Source: Mobula hypostoma (taxonomy: Eukaryota). From it: DNA of 64,000 nucleotides. The stretch spans positions 97,776,001 to 97,840,000 of the forward strand of contig NC_086097.1 of the NCBI RefSeq assembly GCF_963921235.1. The letters are read 5' to 3'. The translations under genes and the position numbers were made by a program. Positions within the stretch are counted from its first letter, which is position 1. Every line of letters starts with the position of its first letter. This document shows positions 12,790-24,685 of this stretch, one piece after another. Below the pieces are notes generated by a model, which was not told the origin of the DNA, did not search any database, and saw nothing but the letters and a program-made list of their open reading frames with translations.

Positions 12790-14310
12790 CAGAATATGCT
12801 CCATCTACTACCAACCTCTGCCTCATCTGGGCAAACTAATGCTGAATCCATACAGCCAGGTTTCTATGACTCATGTCTCTGTGGATGAGCATGGAATCCC
12901 ATGTGGAAACTTCGATGGGGATCTTGTCAAACACCTTGCTAAAATCCATATACACCACATCCACTGCTCTTCCTTCATCAATTTGTTGTCACCTCATCAA
13001 AAATGTAATCAGGCTCGTGAGGCCCCTCACAAAGTTTAGATGATTAATAGATCTATGGCTCTCCAACTGCTCATAAATCCTGTGCCTAAGGATCTTCCCC
13101 AATAGTTCAACCACATTGACATATGATTCACTGGTCTATAATTTCCTGGATTATCCCGATTACCTTTCTTGAAGAATGGAACAACATTTGCTATCCTCCA
13201 GTCTTCTGGTATCACTCCTGTGGCCTGGGAGAACACAAAGATCATTGCAATCTCTTTCTTCACTTCTGTAATAGCCTGGGATATATCTGTCTATCCTCAA
13301 GGACTCATCTATCCAACTGTTTTTCAGAAACTGCAAACCTTCCCCTTTCTTAACCTCAAAATCTCCTGCACATCAGCCTGTTTTATGTTGACCTCACCCT
13401 TTCTTAACCTCAACAAACTCCTGCACATCAGTCTGTTTTATGTTGACCTCACATACATCAAGGTCTCCCTCCCTGGAGAATACTGAAGTGAAGTGTTCAT
13501 TGGAAAGAACCTTTTCTACCACCTCCACCTCCAGGTACATGTTTTCCCTTTATCTCAGATTGGTCCTATCCCCACTCTAGCCATCCTTCTGTTCTTCATG
13601 TATGTGTAGAACACCTTGGGGTTTTCCTTAATCGTACATGCCAAGACTTTTTCATATTCCCTGCTAGTTATCCTAATTCCCTTGTTATTCTCCTTCCAGG
13701 CTACCTTATAACTCTCAAGATCCATGTCTGATTTTTGCTTCCTTAAGCCCCCTTCTTCCTCTTGACTAAATCTTCCACCTCTCTTGTCCACCATGGTTTC
13801 TTCACCCTGTTTCATCGGGACAAACCTACTGAGATCCCAAAGTATAAATGCCCTTCACATTTCTGCAATGCATTCCCCTGAAAACATTTGTTCCCAGTTT
13901 ATGCTCCTAAGCTCCTGCCATAATTATCCCTCCCCCAATGAAATACTTACCCACACCATCTGTTGCTATCCCTGTCCATAACTACGCTAAAGGCCAGGGA
14001 GTTGTAGTCACTATCTCTGAAATACTTGCCCACCAAGAGGTCTGTCACCTGACCAGGTTCATTGCCTAGTACTAGATCCAGGATGGCCTCTCCTCGCTGG
14101 CTTGTCCACATCCTTTGTCAGGAATCATTCCTGGACACACCAAATAAATTCTGCCTCACCTAAACCTTGCACTAAAGAGGTGACAATCAATAATAGGGAA
14201 CTTGAAGTCATCCATGATAACAATCCAATTATTTCTGCACCTTTCCAAAATATGCCTACTTATTTGCTCCTCAGTGTCCCTGTGGCCTTTTGGGGGCCTA
14301 TAGAAATCTC
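12790..14310 (-). mobile_element. degenerate CR1 ORF2 fragment
   Basis: FYRPP, IMDDF, KENPKVFY, PEDWRIANVVPFFKKG...NYRPV. Confidence 0.85.
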
Positions 14311-15879
14311 CTGATAGAGATCCAGATAGATGTCCAGATTTTACAAATTTTACCCATCTATTCATACACCTCCATATGGGAAACAGATCAGTGTGTGAAT
14401 GAAGATGATCTTACAAGGCGGGTGACTCCTGTGTCTTTTTCACTTGGTTAAGATTTTAGCCAACCATTTAATTTTTGACTTGAGCAATCAAGTTTTCAAG
14501 AATAGTTGCTTATCATTCTTTAAAATATACATAATTTTTTTTCTCAAATCTACATTGTTTTATTTAAAAAAGAAGGCAGTAAGCATGCAACACTCCTTTT
14601 AGTTAAACCTTGTCACATTTGCAATCATGCGTGCATATAGTCATATTTTATAATGCCTCACTTCATTTGTAAATGGTTGTATATTATCACCCCTTTATCT
14701 CCGATTGGAATGTTAAGACATTCCATCCTCTGTAGGTCAGGTGAGCAATACCCCCCACCCCCACCCCGGGTCCTTTGTCTCAGTTGTACAGTATCTTCAT
14801 TTAAACTGCTGGTTTGTGGGCTGTTTTCTCGTGCTCTGGTAAAGGTTTGCTTATGACATTCTTGTTGATGTATTTTGCTGTGAAGTGTAATGTTCTGTTT
14901 TTTATTACCCTAAGGTCCCATTCAGAAACCATTGTGGGTAAAAGCAAAGCAATAACATTCTTAGGTCCAGAATGGGAGATGGCACTGGCCACAGTCAGGT
15001 CACCAACAATGCTTTCTATTTCCTGGGCCGCTCCCCTCCCCATAACAAATGAACTTTCATCTTTCAATTTCAACAGGGTTTACTAGAAATAAAAACTGCA
15101 CAAGATGGATAGGTCAGAATAATGTGGACCAAGGTAGGCAAAGATGAAATATAAAGTCAGAGTAAATGGTTACAAGAGGGACATATGCCTGATTTAAACA
15201 TCAAATTCAGCAGAAGCAAGGCACTGACAGCGTACTGGTTACAAATAATAAAAAGACAAAGGGAAAATTGAGGGGAGGAAAAGGGGCTTTCCCTTCATGT
15301 TGGACAATGGAAAGTGGCCACAAAAACCAGTGCTGGGCCCTTCATTGTTTAAAATTCTTCGCAAAGCTTTGGTCTTAGAATTAAGTTTGAAATATGAGGA
15401 ACAGATTAAATCAGGTGATTAATAACAAGAAGGGCACTAATTAATTTGCATAAAACAATATGTGATGGGCAAATAAATTAAAATGTGCAAGATATTATGT
15501 TTTACCAAGAAAAATGTAATTTGTTTAAAATTTACAGAAACAGTAATAAGGTTGATAATGCCACAAAAGCAAGCTAAAGCACTTGGCTGTTGTGAGCAAT
15601 GAAACTCAAGGGTGGAGAAGTTACATTAAAATTGATTTGAGCCTTGTATAGATCGTACTTGGAATGTTTCGTTCTGCTCAGTATATTGAAAAGGATGTAG
15701 GTACAATGCACTGACCACATCCCCCTAACAACATCGGATTTATAACCATAAGACAAGACTCTTTCCTGCTGAAAAGAAATTGCAGAGTAACTCAATGGAT
15801 GTCTTTAGAAGTGAGGGTTTTATTGGATAGAGAGAGAGAACATGTCTCAGCTCAGCTTTCTCTGTTCCAAAGCAAACAA

Positions 15880-16460
15880 GCCCAGCTTATCCAGTGATTC
15901 GTTACAGTGGTGTGATAGGGTTGGTCCTGAAGGTTGATTGCATGGGATCCAAGGCGAGGTACAGTCTGGGTACAGAAACTGGCAGAGCAGTAGGAGTCAG
16001 CGAGTGTTGGTGGAGAGTTGTTTTTCAGATTGGAGACCTGTGAACAGCGGTAGGCTGAGGGATCTGTACTGGCTCTCCTGATCTTCATATTAATGATTTG
16101 AATAAGCATATACGTGGTATGGTTTGTAAGCTTGCAGGCCACACTGAAACTGGTGGTAGACAGTAAAGAAGGTTATCTAAGATTGCAATGTAATTTGGAT
16201 TCCCTGGGCCAGTGGGCTGAGCAATGGCAGATGGAATTTAACTCACATTACAGCGGGGTGAGGCATTTTGGTGAAATAAGACAGGACAGGACCTGAACAA
16301 TAAACAATTAGGCACTGGACAGTGTTGTAGAACAGAGAGAACTAGAAGTGCAGGCACATAATTCCTTGAAGGCAGCAACATAGTGTGTGAAGAAGATATT
16401 TAGCATGTTTGCCTTTTCAGTCAGGACCTTAAGTACAGGAGTTGGGATGTCATATTACAT
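15880..16460 (+). mobile_element. old CR1 RT fragment
   Basis: LQCNLDSLGQWAEQWQMEFN. Confidence 0.7.
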
Positions 16461-17317
16461 CCTTAGTTGGTGAAAATTCATAATAATGTTCCTGTGTTTC
16501 AGGACTGTTGAGTAAAAATATAAATCCATCCAATGGTTATTTTATCCCCATTTAATTTTTACAGTATTTTAAATTGGCATTTTCATTATTTCAGCTTTAA
16601 ATTGAATGCACTGAGGAATTCAAAATGCCTATATTTGACCCTACCTCCGCGGTGTGTCAGCTAATTCATGTTTCTGCTGGGATTTCATTTAACCAAACTT
16701 TAAATGCTCATAGAGCTGATTCAAATCCTTGTGAGGCATTGAAATTAAAACTTAATTGGGCCAATTTTGCTTTCTGCTATCAGATATGATGAATGGTGTT
16801 CCAGCACTGGAATAAAGCAGACCTGAAGTAATTGAGATGAGTATTCTGCTGTGGGTTTGTGGTAAATGGTCTGTTTGATCATAGGACTGCACTGGAGCAA
16901 GTGAAAGATGTGTTTGCCAGGAATAATTTCTCTAGTGATCACAGATTAATATGTTTACAAACAATTTGGGTAGTCTGAAGATAATTTCTAATGCACATGA
17001 TTGAAGAATCAAGTTGGACAATTGAGAACTTGCCAAGGAAGTTGAGTGGAATGGGAAGCTCCATCTTCCAAAGAATTACTTTATGAAAAGTTTATAACAT
17101 TTTGTGATGCCCAGAACCCTCCCCTCAATAAAATTCCAAATGTTCTCTTGTGCCTGCAAGAGATCTCTGTACCAAAGTCAGTGTTCCAACAAAAGTGCAG
17201 ATGTTAGAATTAAATATTTTCATTTAGAGTCAGTAACAAATAGTTATGAAGAAAATGTAATTAATATTGAACCCCCTTGACATAGGAATGGCAAAATCAA
17301 ATGCTTATCTCTGTAAG

Positions 17318-17496
17318 CATTGCTAAGTCCATTCAGCAGTTTATTCCTCCACATGCAAATGAAAAAGTTGATGTCAATGTTTATCTTCAGTCTGCTGAGA
17401 GGAAGTTTGAATGGACTGTGGATAGGGTGGAGCAGGGGAAGCTGTCTGAGTTTGACCATGTTCATGAGAATGTCATCTCAACTCCTCCAAACAATG
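17318..17496 (+). other. putative orphan exon (IAKSIQQFIPPHANEKVDVNVYLQSAERKFEWTVDRVEQGKLSEFDHVHENVISTPPNN), gene unknown
   Basis: 59 open codons in non-repetitive AT-rich DNA, bounded by ttatctctgtaag| and G|gtcagt; no homology recognised. Confidence 0.3.
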
Positions 17497-18709
17497 GTCA
17501 GTATTCTTTATAAATCAGTAGACTCTCCAAGAACAACTACCGCATTATCTTTCAAAGTACTGTCCCTTTAAACTTTTACTCAGATTTTATTTAATATTAG
17601 TTGTGCAGAGGTTAACTTAGTAAAAATTGTAAATAACTTTACATGCTTGCAACTTTGATACAAAGTCTGACGAGAAATTGAGTCTTGCTGTGATCAATAC
17701 ACACAATGTTGGAGGATCTCAGAAAGTCAGGCAGCATCTATGGACGCGTTAGATTTCCAGCATCTGCAGAACCTCTTGTGTTTAAATTTTGCTGTGATTG
17801 TTGCTTCGTTTGTGGTTCAAGCAAATTAAATAATTTTTAGTTCACTATCAAACTCGCCTCTATCAAATGGTTTTCAATTCGTGCCTCGGTAAACGTCGCA
17901 GAACTGGTAATAGCTTGAACCTATGTCACACTTGAATTTTCAAAACAATAATTTAACATCTCCATTCTGACCTGCACATACAGTACTTTGGCAAGGCACC
18001 AGAAGAATTGCTTAGTGGTGTCTGTGACTGTCCATTATGACTGCTCGAAACTCTCCAAAGTGGGACATCATGGCAAAGATTCAGCTAGGTGGGCAGTCAG
18101 GGTGAGGCTATTGCCCAACTCTCAGCAGACATCGGTGGATAAAGACCTTGAAGTTGCACTAAGATGTCTGTTACACCAAAATTAGTCAGAAGGGAGAAGC
18201 TTCAGAAAAGTGCTTTATTAATTAAGAAAACCAGTGGAAGTTTATTTTTTGCATTAGGCATTTTCTACTTTCTGCATTTAGCTAAAATTCTGGCAGTGGC
18301 CCTTTACTTTTCGATAGGATTGATTTAATTCTTGGAGATCCATTCGATTAGTAAATGCATCAGAAATTTCAGGCAAAATGGATCAGGATCGTAGTCATTC
18401 AGTGATTAACCCAGAAGCATAAAAATGTATATTGTTGGAAATAGTTCTGTGAACTGAGAGTGGATAAGTCCTTTGAGGGTATGTTGTACGAATATATTGA
18501 TTTTCACTTTCACTTGTGCTATGTGGGGGTTAGTTTACTTGTCGATCAAAAGCCGCGCCCATCGTGCAGGTCATCAATCGGCCCGTTTGAAGTATGTGGT
18601 TGCTGTGTGCCACAGCCCGTGTCTGGTCTCAGGCACCTCGGGTATAAGAATAGCACATGCGGGCAGCTCGGTTTCTTTCCTTGTGTCCCCAGGGGCTCTT
18701 CACTCTGAA

Positions 18710-19320
18710 GACCAGTGGACAAGCCAATTCTGTATTCACTTAGCCAAATTTCCCAGGATCCCACGCCTCCTGACTTTCTCAATGTGCCTACCATGAGCAA
18801 CCTTATCAAAAGCCTTACTACGTCCACAGCTCTACTTTCATCATTGTGCTTTGTCGTATCCTCAAGGAATTCAATCAGGCTCGTGGGCCATGTCCTGCTG
18901 AAGGGTCTCAGCCCGAAACATAGACTGTTTACTCTTTTCCATAGATGCTGCCTGGCCTGCTGAGTTCCTCCAACATTTTTATGTGTTGCTTTGGATTTCC
19001 AGTATCTGCAGATTTTCTTGTATTCCTGAGGCATGCCCTGCTGACTGTTGACTGTCATGTTGACTGTTGACAGCCATGTTGACTGTCCCTAATCAGACTA
19101 TGCTCCTCCAAATACTCGTAAATCCTGTCTCCAAGAATTTTCTCCAATAATTTGCCCATTGTAGTAAGACTCACTGGTTTATAATACCCAGGGTTGCCCT
19201 TACCCCCTTTCTTGAACAAAGGAATTACATTTGGCAACTTCCAATTGTCTGGTACTACTCCGTTGGCCAATGTGGATGCAAAGATCATCACCAAAGGTGC
19301 AGCAATCTCTTACCTTGCAT
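18710..19320 (-). mobile_element. CR1 RT fragment interrupted by a Penelope-derived short element (about 18892-19022, + strand, mutated hammerhead)
   Basis: YYKPVSLT...DSQHG and SLIEFLED flank gtcCTGCTGAagggtctcagcccGAAAcatagac. Confidence 0.75.
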
Positions 19321-19674
19321 GTTCTAGCCCGGAGCAATTAGCCATGATGAGCCCTGGGTCCTAATGAGAGGTATAATACATGGTTTGGACAATCTAAACG
19401 CCAGCCTGGATAGACTGGAAAGGCAGGGTGTTGAGAGTCGGATAAGTTTGGATCCTCTAAGCATTGAGCCTATTTGGAGAGGTCAAGAATAGCTTCTTCG
19501 ACATCAAAATCTTGGCCCAGAACAATTCATCATGGCTAGGGCCCAGTTCCTAGTGCGAGGTTCGGACAACTTAATAGCCAGCCCAAATAGACTGGGGGCT
19601 CCTCTCTCCATGACACTGAGGCTGTAAGACTGCTCCTGGCTGTTGTGCTTCATGTCTGTGAACTTTGTGGCGAC

Positions 19675-20106
19675 TTGCCTGGATTAGAGAGTATGAATTA
19701 TGATCAGAGATTAAGGGAGCTAGGGCTTTACTCTTTGTAGAGGAGGATGAGGGGAGACATGATAGAGGTGTACAAGATAATAAGAGGAACAGATAGAGTG
19801 GATAGCCAGCGCCTCTCCCCCAGGGCACCACTGCTCAATACAAGAGGACATGGCTTTAAGGTAAGGGGTGGGAAGTTCAAGGGGGATATTAGAGGAAGGT
19901 TTTTTACTCAGAGAGTGGTTGGTGCGTGGAATGCACTGCCTGAGTCAGTGGTGGAGGCAGATACACTAGTGAAGTTTAAGAGACTACTAGACAGGTATAT
20001 GGAGGAATTTAAGGTGGGGGCTTATATGGGAGGCAGGGCTTGAGGGAAAGCACAACATCGTGGGCCGAAGGGCCTGTACTGTGCTGTACTATTCTATGTT
20101 CTATGT
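19675..20106 (+). mobile_element. young 5'-truncated CR1 (same subfamily as 1-3101)
   Basis: near-identical to 2720-3100; (TTCTATG)n tail. Confidence 0.92.
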
Positions 20107-20567
20107 AATATGATGAACTGAGTACCGAGGCTTTGGGCCTGGTCCGAGCTGCTCTGGGGACTTGGATCCAAGGACTCAACATGGTTCGGAATGCTGTTAT
20201 TGTTGTTGGGTCACTTTGACGGTTTGCATGTTTTGTCTTGTTTCTCTTCTCTGTGGGCAGTGGGAGGTTCGTCTTCTTTTAAATTGGGTTCTTTTGAGTT
20301 TCTTGCTTTGCAACTGCCTATTAAGGAAACAGATCTCAAGGTTGTATCATGTATGCATTCTTTGATGATGAATCTTTGAACTTACTTATTGGCAGAAGTT
20401 ACGGAGGTGGGGAGTACGACTAATTGGAGAGGGCTTTCAACATTATGGTACAGACAGGTTAGGTGCAAGAGCCTGTGTGTTACAGTTCCATCTCATGGTA
20501 ATGCTCAGCTCTGCATCGAAAAGTGAGCAGCAAACTCATCAGGCCGGACTATTCTTGTTACCTACAG

Positions 20568-20682
20568 GTACCTGTCATTGCGGTCCTCGGCTCAGGCGGT
20601 GGGACCTGAGCAATGAACTCCCTCTATGAGATCCCGCTGGGGCTGTGGGAGCTGGAGCTTCTGGATGGGATGCAGGAGTCTG
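20568..20682 (+). pseudogene. disabled exon of a cytosolic phospholipase A2 (PLA2G4E/F/D-like), catalytic domain
   Basis: acceptor cttgttacctacag|GTA; translates VPVIAVLGSGGGT*AMNSLYEIPLGLWELELLD, matching the family motif VPVVAVLGSGGGTRAMxSLYGxLxGLxxLxLLD; TGA at 20607-20609 replaces Arg; GxSGS motif lost downstream. Confidence 0.8.
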
Positions 20683-21176
20683 GACCTCTGCACTCCTCAG
20701 ACAGCTGGAGGTCCGCACTGAACCTCAAGGCACTGGAGCTGTGCAACACCAGCACTACCTGTTGTCCACGCACAATGACAAACTCTCTCAGCAGCTAGCC
20801 GCACTCTTTCCTTTGTTTGTAAATATAAAGGCATGTACTATTCATACAAGGGAGCAGCTTTTGGATGCAGATTTCTGAAATACAATTTGTTTCATCTTTG
20901 TGCTCATTAAAGTGTAGATTGTTCATTTAGGAAAATTAGAATCTTCCCCATTTTGGATGCTGGGGACCTTGTATTTGCAGGAAATGTTGGTATTGGAAAA
21001 GCAGAGGGAATTAGAAGTGATTCAAATATCAAGCAGTCTTGCACTCAGGCCAGGCCACACTGTAGCCAGGTAGCAGGCTGAAAGCCAGACTGAGACCTGT
21101 CGGCTGACATTTGTGCACTTCCCTCTTCATCCCAGTTGTTCTGGAGGCCCAGCTTAATCACCGTGAATTCCAGCAA

Positions 21177-21783
21177 TCAGCAGCATGGCAGGGCTGGCGT
21201 TCAGCAGCAAGGCAGGGCTGGCGTTCAGCAGCATGGCAGGGCTGGCGTTCAGCAGCAAGGCAGGGCTGGCGTTTAGCAGCATGGCAGGGCTGGCGTTCAG
21301 CAGCAAGGCAGGGCTGGCGTTCAGCAGCATGGCAGGGCTGGCGTTCAGCAGCATGGCAGGGCTGGCGTTCAGCAGCAAGGCAGGGCTGGCGTTCAGCAGC
21401 AAGGCAGGGCTGGCGTTCAGCAGCATGGCAGGGCTGGCGTTCAGCAGCATGGCAGGGCTGGCGTTCAGCAGCAAGGCAGGGCTGGCGTTCAGCAGCAAGG
21501 CAGGGCTGGCGTTCAGCAGCATGGCAGGGCTGGCGTTCAGCAGCAAGGCAGGGCTGGCGTTCAGCAGCATGGCAGGGCTGGCGTTCAGCAGCAAGGCAGG
21601 GCTGGCGTTCAGCAGCATGGCAGGGCTGGCGTTCAGCAGCATGGCAGGGCTGGCGTTCAGCAGCAAGGCAGGGCTGGCGTTCAGCAGCATGGCAGGGCTG
21701 GCGTTCAGCAGCAAGGCAGGGCTGGCGTTCAGCAGCAAGGCAGGGCTGGCGTTCAGCAGCAAGGCAGGGCTGGCGTTCAGCAG
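21177..21783. repeat. 24-bp minisatellite, 25 units + 7 bp
   Basis: unit TCAGCAGCA(T/A)GGCAGGGCTGGCGT. Confidence 0.98.
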
Positions 21784-21949
21784 ACACCCAGCTTTGCTGA
21801 ACGACACGAGGCTGCAGCCTCTGCTCCACAGCACAGTGAAGACATGCTCAGCAAAGGATGGAGGTGACAGGTGATCTTGTAACTGCGAGGGCATTACCAG
21901 CTGGCTTCACAATCTCCAAATATCTAATAGTGCACATCACTCATTTACA

Positions 21950-23084
21950 AACATAGAAACATAGAAGATAGGTGCAGGAGTAGGCCATTCGGCCCTTCGA
22001 GCCTGCACCACCATTTATTATGATCATGGCTGATCATCCAACTCAGAACCCCGCCCCAGCCTTCCCTCCATACCCCCTGACCCCCGTAGCCACAAGGGCC
22101 ATATCTAACTCCCTCTTAAATATAGCCAATGAACTGGCCTCAACTGTTTCCTGTGGCAGAGAATTCCACAGATTCACCACTCTCTGTGTGAAGAAGTTTT
22201 TCCTAATCTCAGTCCTAAAAGGCTTCCCCTCTATCCTCAAACTGTGACCCCTCGTTCTGGACTTCCCCAACATCGGGAACAATCTTCCTGCATCTAGCCT
22301 GTCCAATCCCTTTAGGATCTTATACGTTTCAATCAGATCCCCCCTCAATCTTCTAAATTCCAACGAGTACAAGCCTAGTTCATCCAGTCTTTCTTCATAC
22401 GAAAGTCCTGCCATCCCAGGAATCAATCTGGTGAACCTTCTTTGTACTCCCTCTAAGGCAAGGATGTCTTTCCTCAGACTAGGGGACCAAAACTGCACAC
22501 AATACTCCAGGTGTGGTCTCACCAAGACCTTGTACAACTGCAGTAGTACCTCCCTGCTCCTGTACTCGAATCCTCTCGCTATAAATGCCAGCATACCATT
22601 CGCCTTTTTCACCGCCTGCTGTACCTGCATGCCCACTTTCAATGACTGGTGTATAATGACACCCAGGTCTCGTTGCACCTCCCCTTTTCCTAATCAGCCA
22701 CCATTCAGATAATAATCTGTTTTCCTATTTTTGCCACCAAAGTGGATAACTTCACATTTATCCACATTAAATTGCATCTGCCATGAATTTGCCCACTCAC
22801 CCAACCTATCCAAGTCACCCTGCATCCTCTTAGCATCCTTCTCACTGCTAACACTGCCACCCAGCTTCGTGTCATCCGCAAACTTGGAGATGCTGCATTT
22901 AATTCCCTCATCCAAGTCATTAATATATATTGTAAACAACTGGGGTCCCAGCACTGAGCCTTGCGGTACCCCACTAGTCACCGCCTGCCATTCTGAAAAG
23001 GTCCCGTTTATTCCCACTCTTTGCTTCCTGTCTGCTAACCAATTCTCCACCCACACCAATACCTTACCCCCAGTACCGTGTGCT
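21950..23084 (-). mobile_element. young 5'-truncated CR1 (same subfamily as 58230-61300)
   Basis: [17 protein letters not shown]2 C-terminus with one stop; (TTTCTATG)n tail. Confidence 0.94.
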
Positions 23085-23267
23085 TCAGTTTAGACTGAAA
23101 TGTAAGGGTCACAAGAAAGGAGTTTGCTGGTGGTAGACACTGACTCTGTGACTGAGTGAGGAAAGCCTTTGAATGCCTGCACAGGAAATAGGAAATGGAA
23201 TTTAATCCGCGAATTGTGAGGTGAATTTTAATGTGCAGCAAGGGAAGGGGTATACAATCAGGGAATA

Positions 23268-23570
23268 AGTATTACACAAAATGCTGGAGGAACTCAGCAG
23301 GTCAGGCAGCATCTATGGAAATGAATAAACAGTTGATGTTTTGGGCTGAGACCCTTCTTCCGGACTGGAAAAGAATAGAGAAAAGATGGTTGGAGGGGAA
23401 GGAGCATAGCTGGAACATGATAGGTGGGAAAGGTAAAGGGCTGGAGAGGAAGGAATTATAGGAGAAGCAAGTGGACGACGGAAGAAAGGGAAGGAGGAGG
23501 TGAAAGGTGGGTGAGAAGGGGTAAGAGGCCAGAGTGGGGAATAGAGAGGGGAGAGGAGGGCTGCGGTGAA
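23268..23570 (-). mobile_element. Penelope-derived element, degenerate hammerhead
   Basis: family core followed by purine-rich extension; hammerhead core mutated (CGGAAGA...AAAA). Confidence 0.6.
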
Positions 23571-24049
23571 CTAGGGAAAGGGACAGTTGGACTAATGGGA
23601 TTGCTGTGCTGGCAGCTAGCATACACCTGATGGCCCGAATAACCTGCATCAGAATAAATGCAGTGTATCCCGTGTGTCAGTGTATCCATAAATCGGTAAA
23701 GGTGGAAAATAGGTCAGTCAGGGCTTAAAAAAGCACAAAGGATGTTTACCCCTCTTTAGCTCTGGCAGAGAGGAGCAGGAAAATTCTGCTGCTGCTGTAC
23801 GTGACTGTAAACCATCAGACCACAGCTGGAGTACTGCATGCAGCTGAGGTCGCCATTTTGCAGTGAAGTTATGAGGAGTGGAAATCTAGTTTATGAGGAA
23901 GGATTGGAAAAATTTTTGGAACAGAGGAGGCTAGACAGAAGACTCAATTGACATATTTAAATAACAGACCAACTAAGAAGAAACTATTTCTGATGGTTGA
24001 GGGGTCACATTAGGGGACATAGATTAAAGTCATTGGTAGAAAGATGTCA

Positions 24050-24685
24050 GAACATAGAATAGTACAGCACAGTACAGGCCCTTTGGCCCACAATGTTGTG
24101 CCGACCCTCAAACCCTGCCTCCCATAGAAGCCCCCACCTTAAATTCTTCCATATACCTGTCTAGTAGTCTCTTAAACTTCACTAGTGTATCTGCCTCCAC
24201 CACTGACTCAGGCAGTGCATTGCACGCACCAACCACACTCTGAGTAAAAAACCTTCCTCTAATATCCCCCTTGAACTTCCCACCCCTTACCTTAAAGCCA
24301 TGTCCTCTTGTATTGGGCAGTGGTGCCCTGGGGAATTGGCGCTGGCTGTCCACTCTATCTATTCCTCTTAATATCTTGTATACCTCTATCATGTCTCCTC
24401 TCATCTTCCTTCTCTCCAAAGAGTAAAGCACTAGCTCCCTCAATCTCTGATCATAATGCATACTCTCTAAACCAGGCAGCATCCTGGTAAATCTCCTCTG
24501 TACCCTTTCCAATGCTTCCACATCCTTCCTGTAGTGAGGCGACCAGAACTGGACACAGTAGTCCAAGTGTGACCTAACCAGAGTTTTATAGAGCTGCATC
24601 ATTACATCGTGATTCTTAAACTCTGTCCCTTGACTTATGAAAGCTAACACCCCATAAGCTTTCTTAACTACCCTATTCACCTGTG
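24050..24685 (-). mobile_element. young 5'-truncated CR1 (same subfamily as 1-3101)
   Basis: uninterrupted ORF2 C-terminal 190 aa; TTCTATG tail. Confidence 0.93.

Noticed and set aside
14736..14740. Possible 5-nt microexon (ctctgtag|GTCAG|gtgagc)
   Set aside because: Such motifs occur by chance and no host transcript is established.
18130..18240. SVDKDLEVALRCLL as the PLA2G4 exon preceding the catalytic exon (DLDxRLGFDL)
   Set aside because: Similarity too weak, in-frame stops, no clear splice sites.
21111..21894. Four overlapping 220-250 aa repetitive ORFs
   Set aside because: They arise because a 24-bp unit lacks stops in several frames; no splice or homology support.
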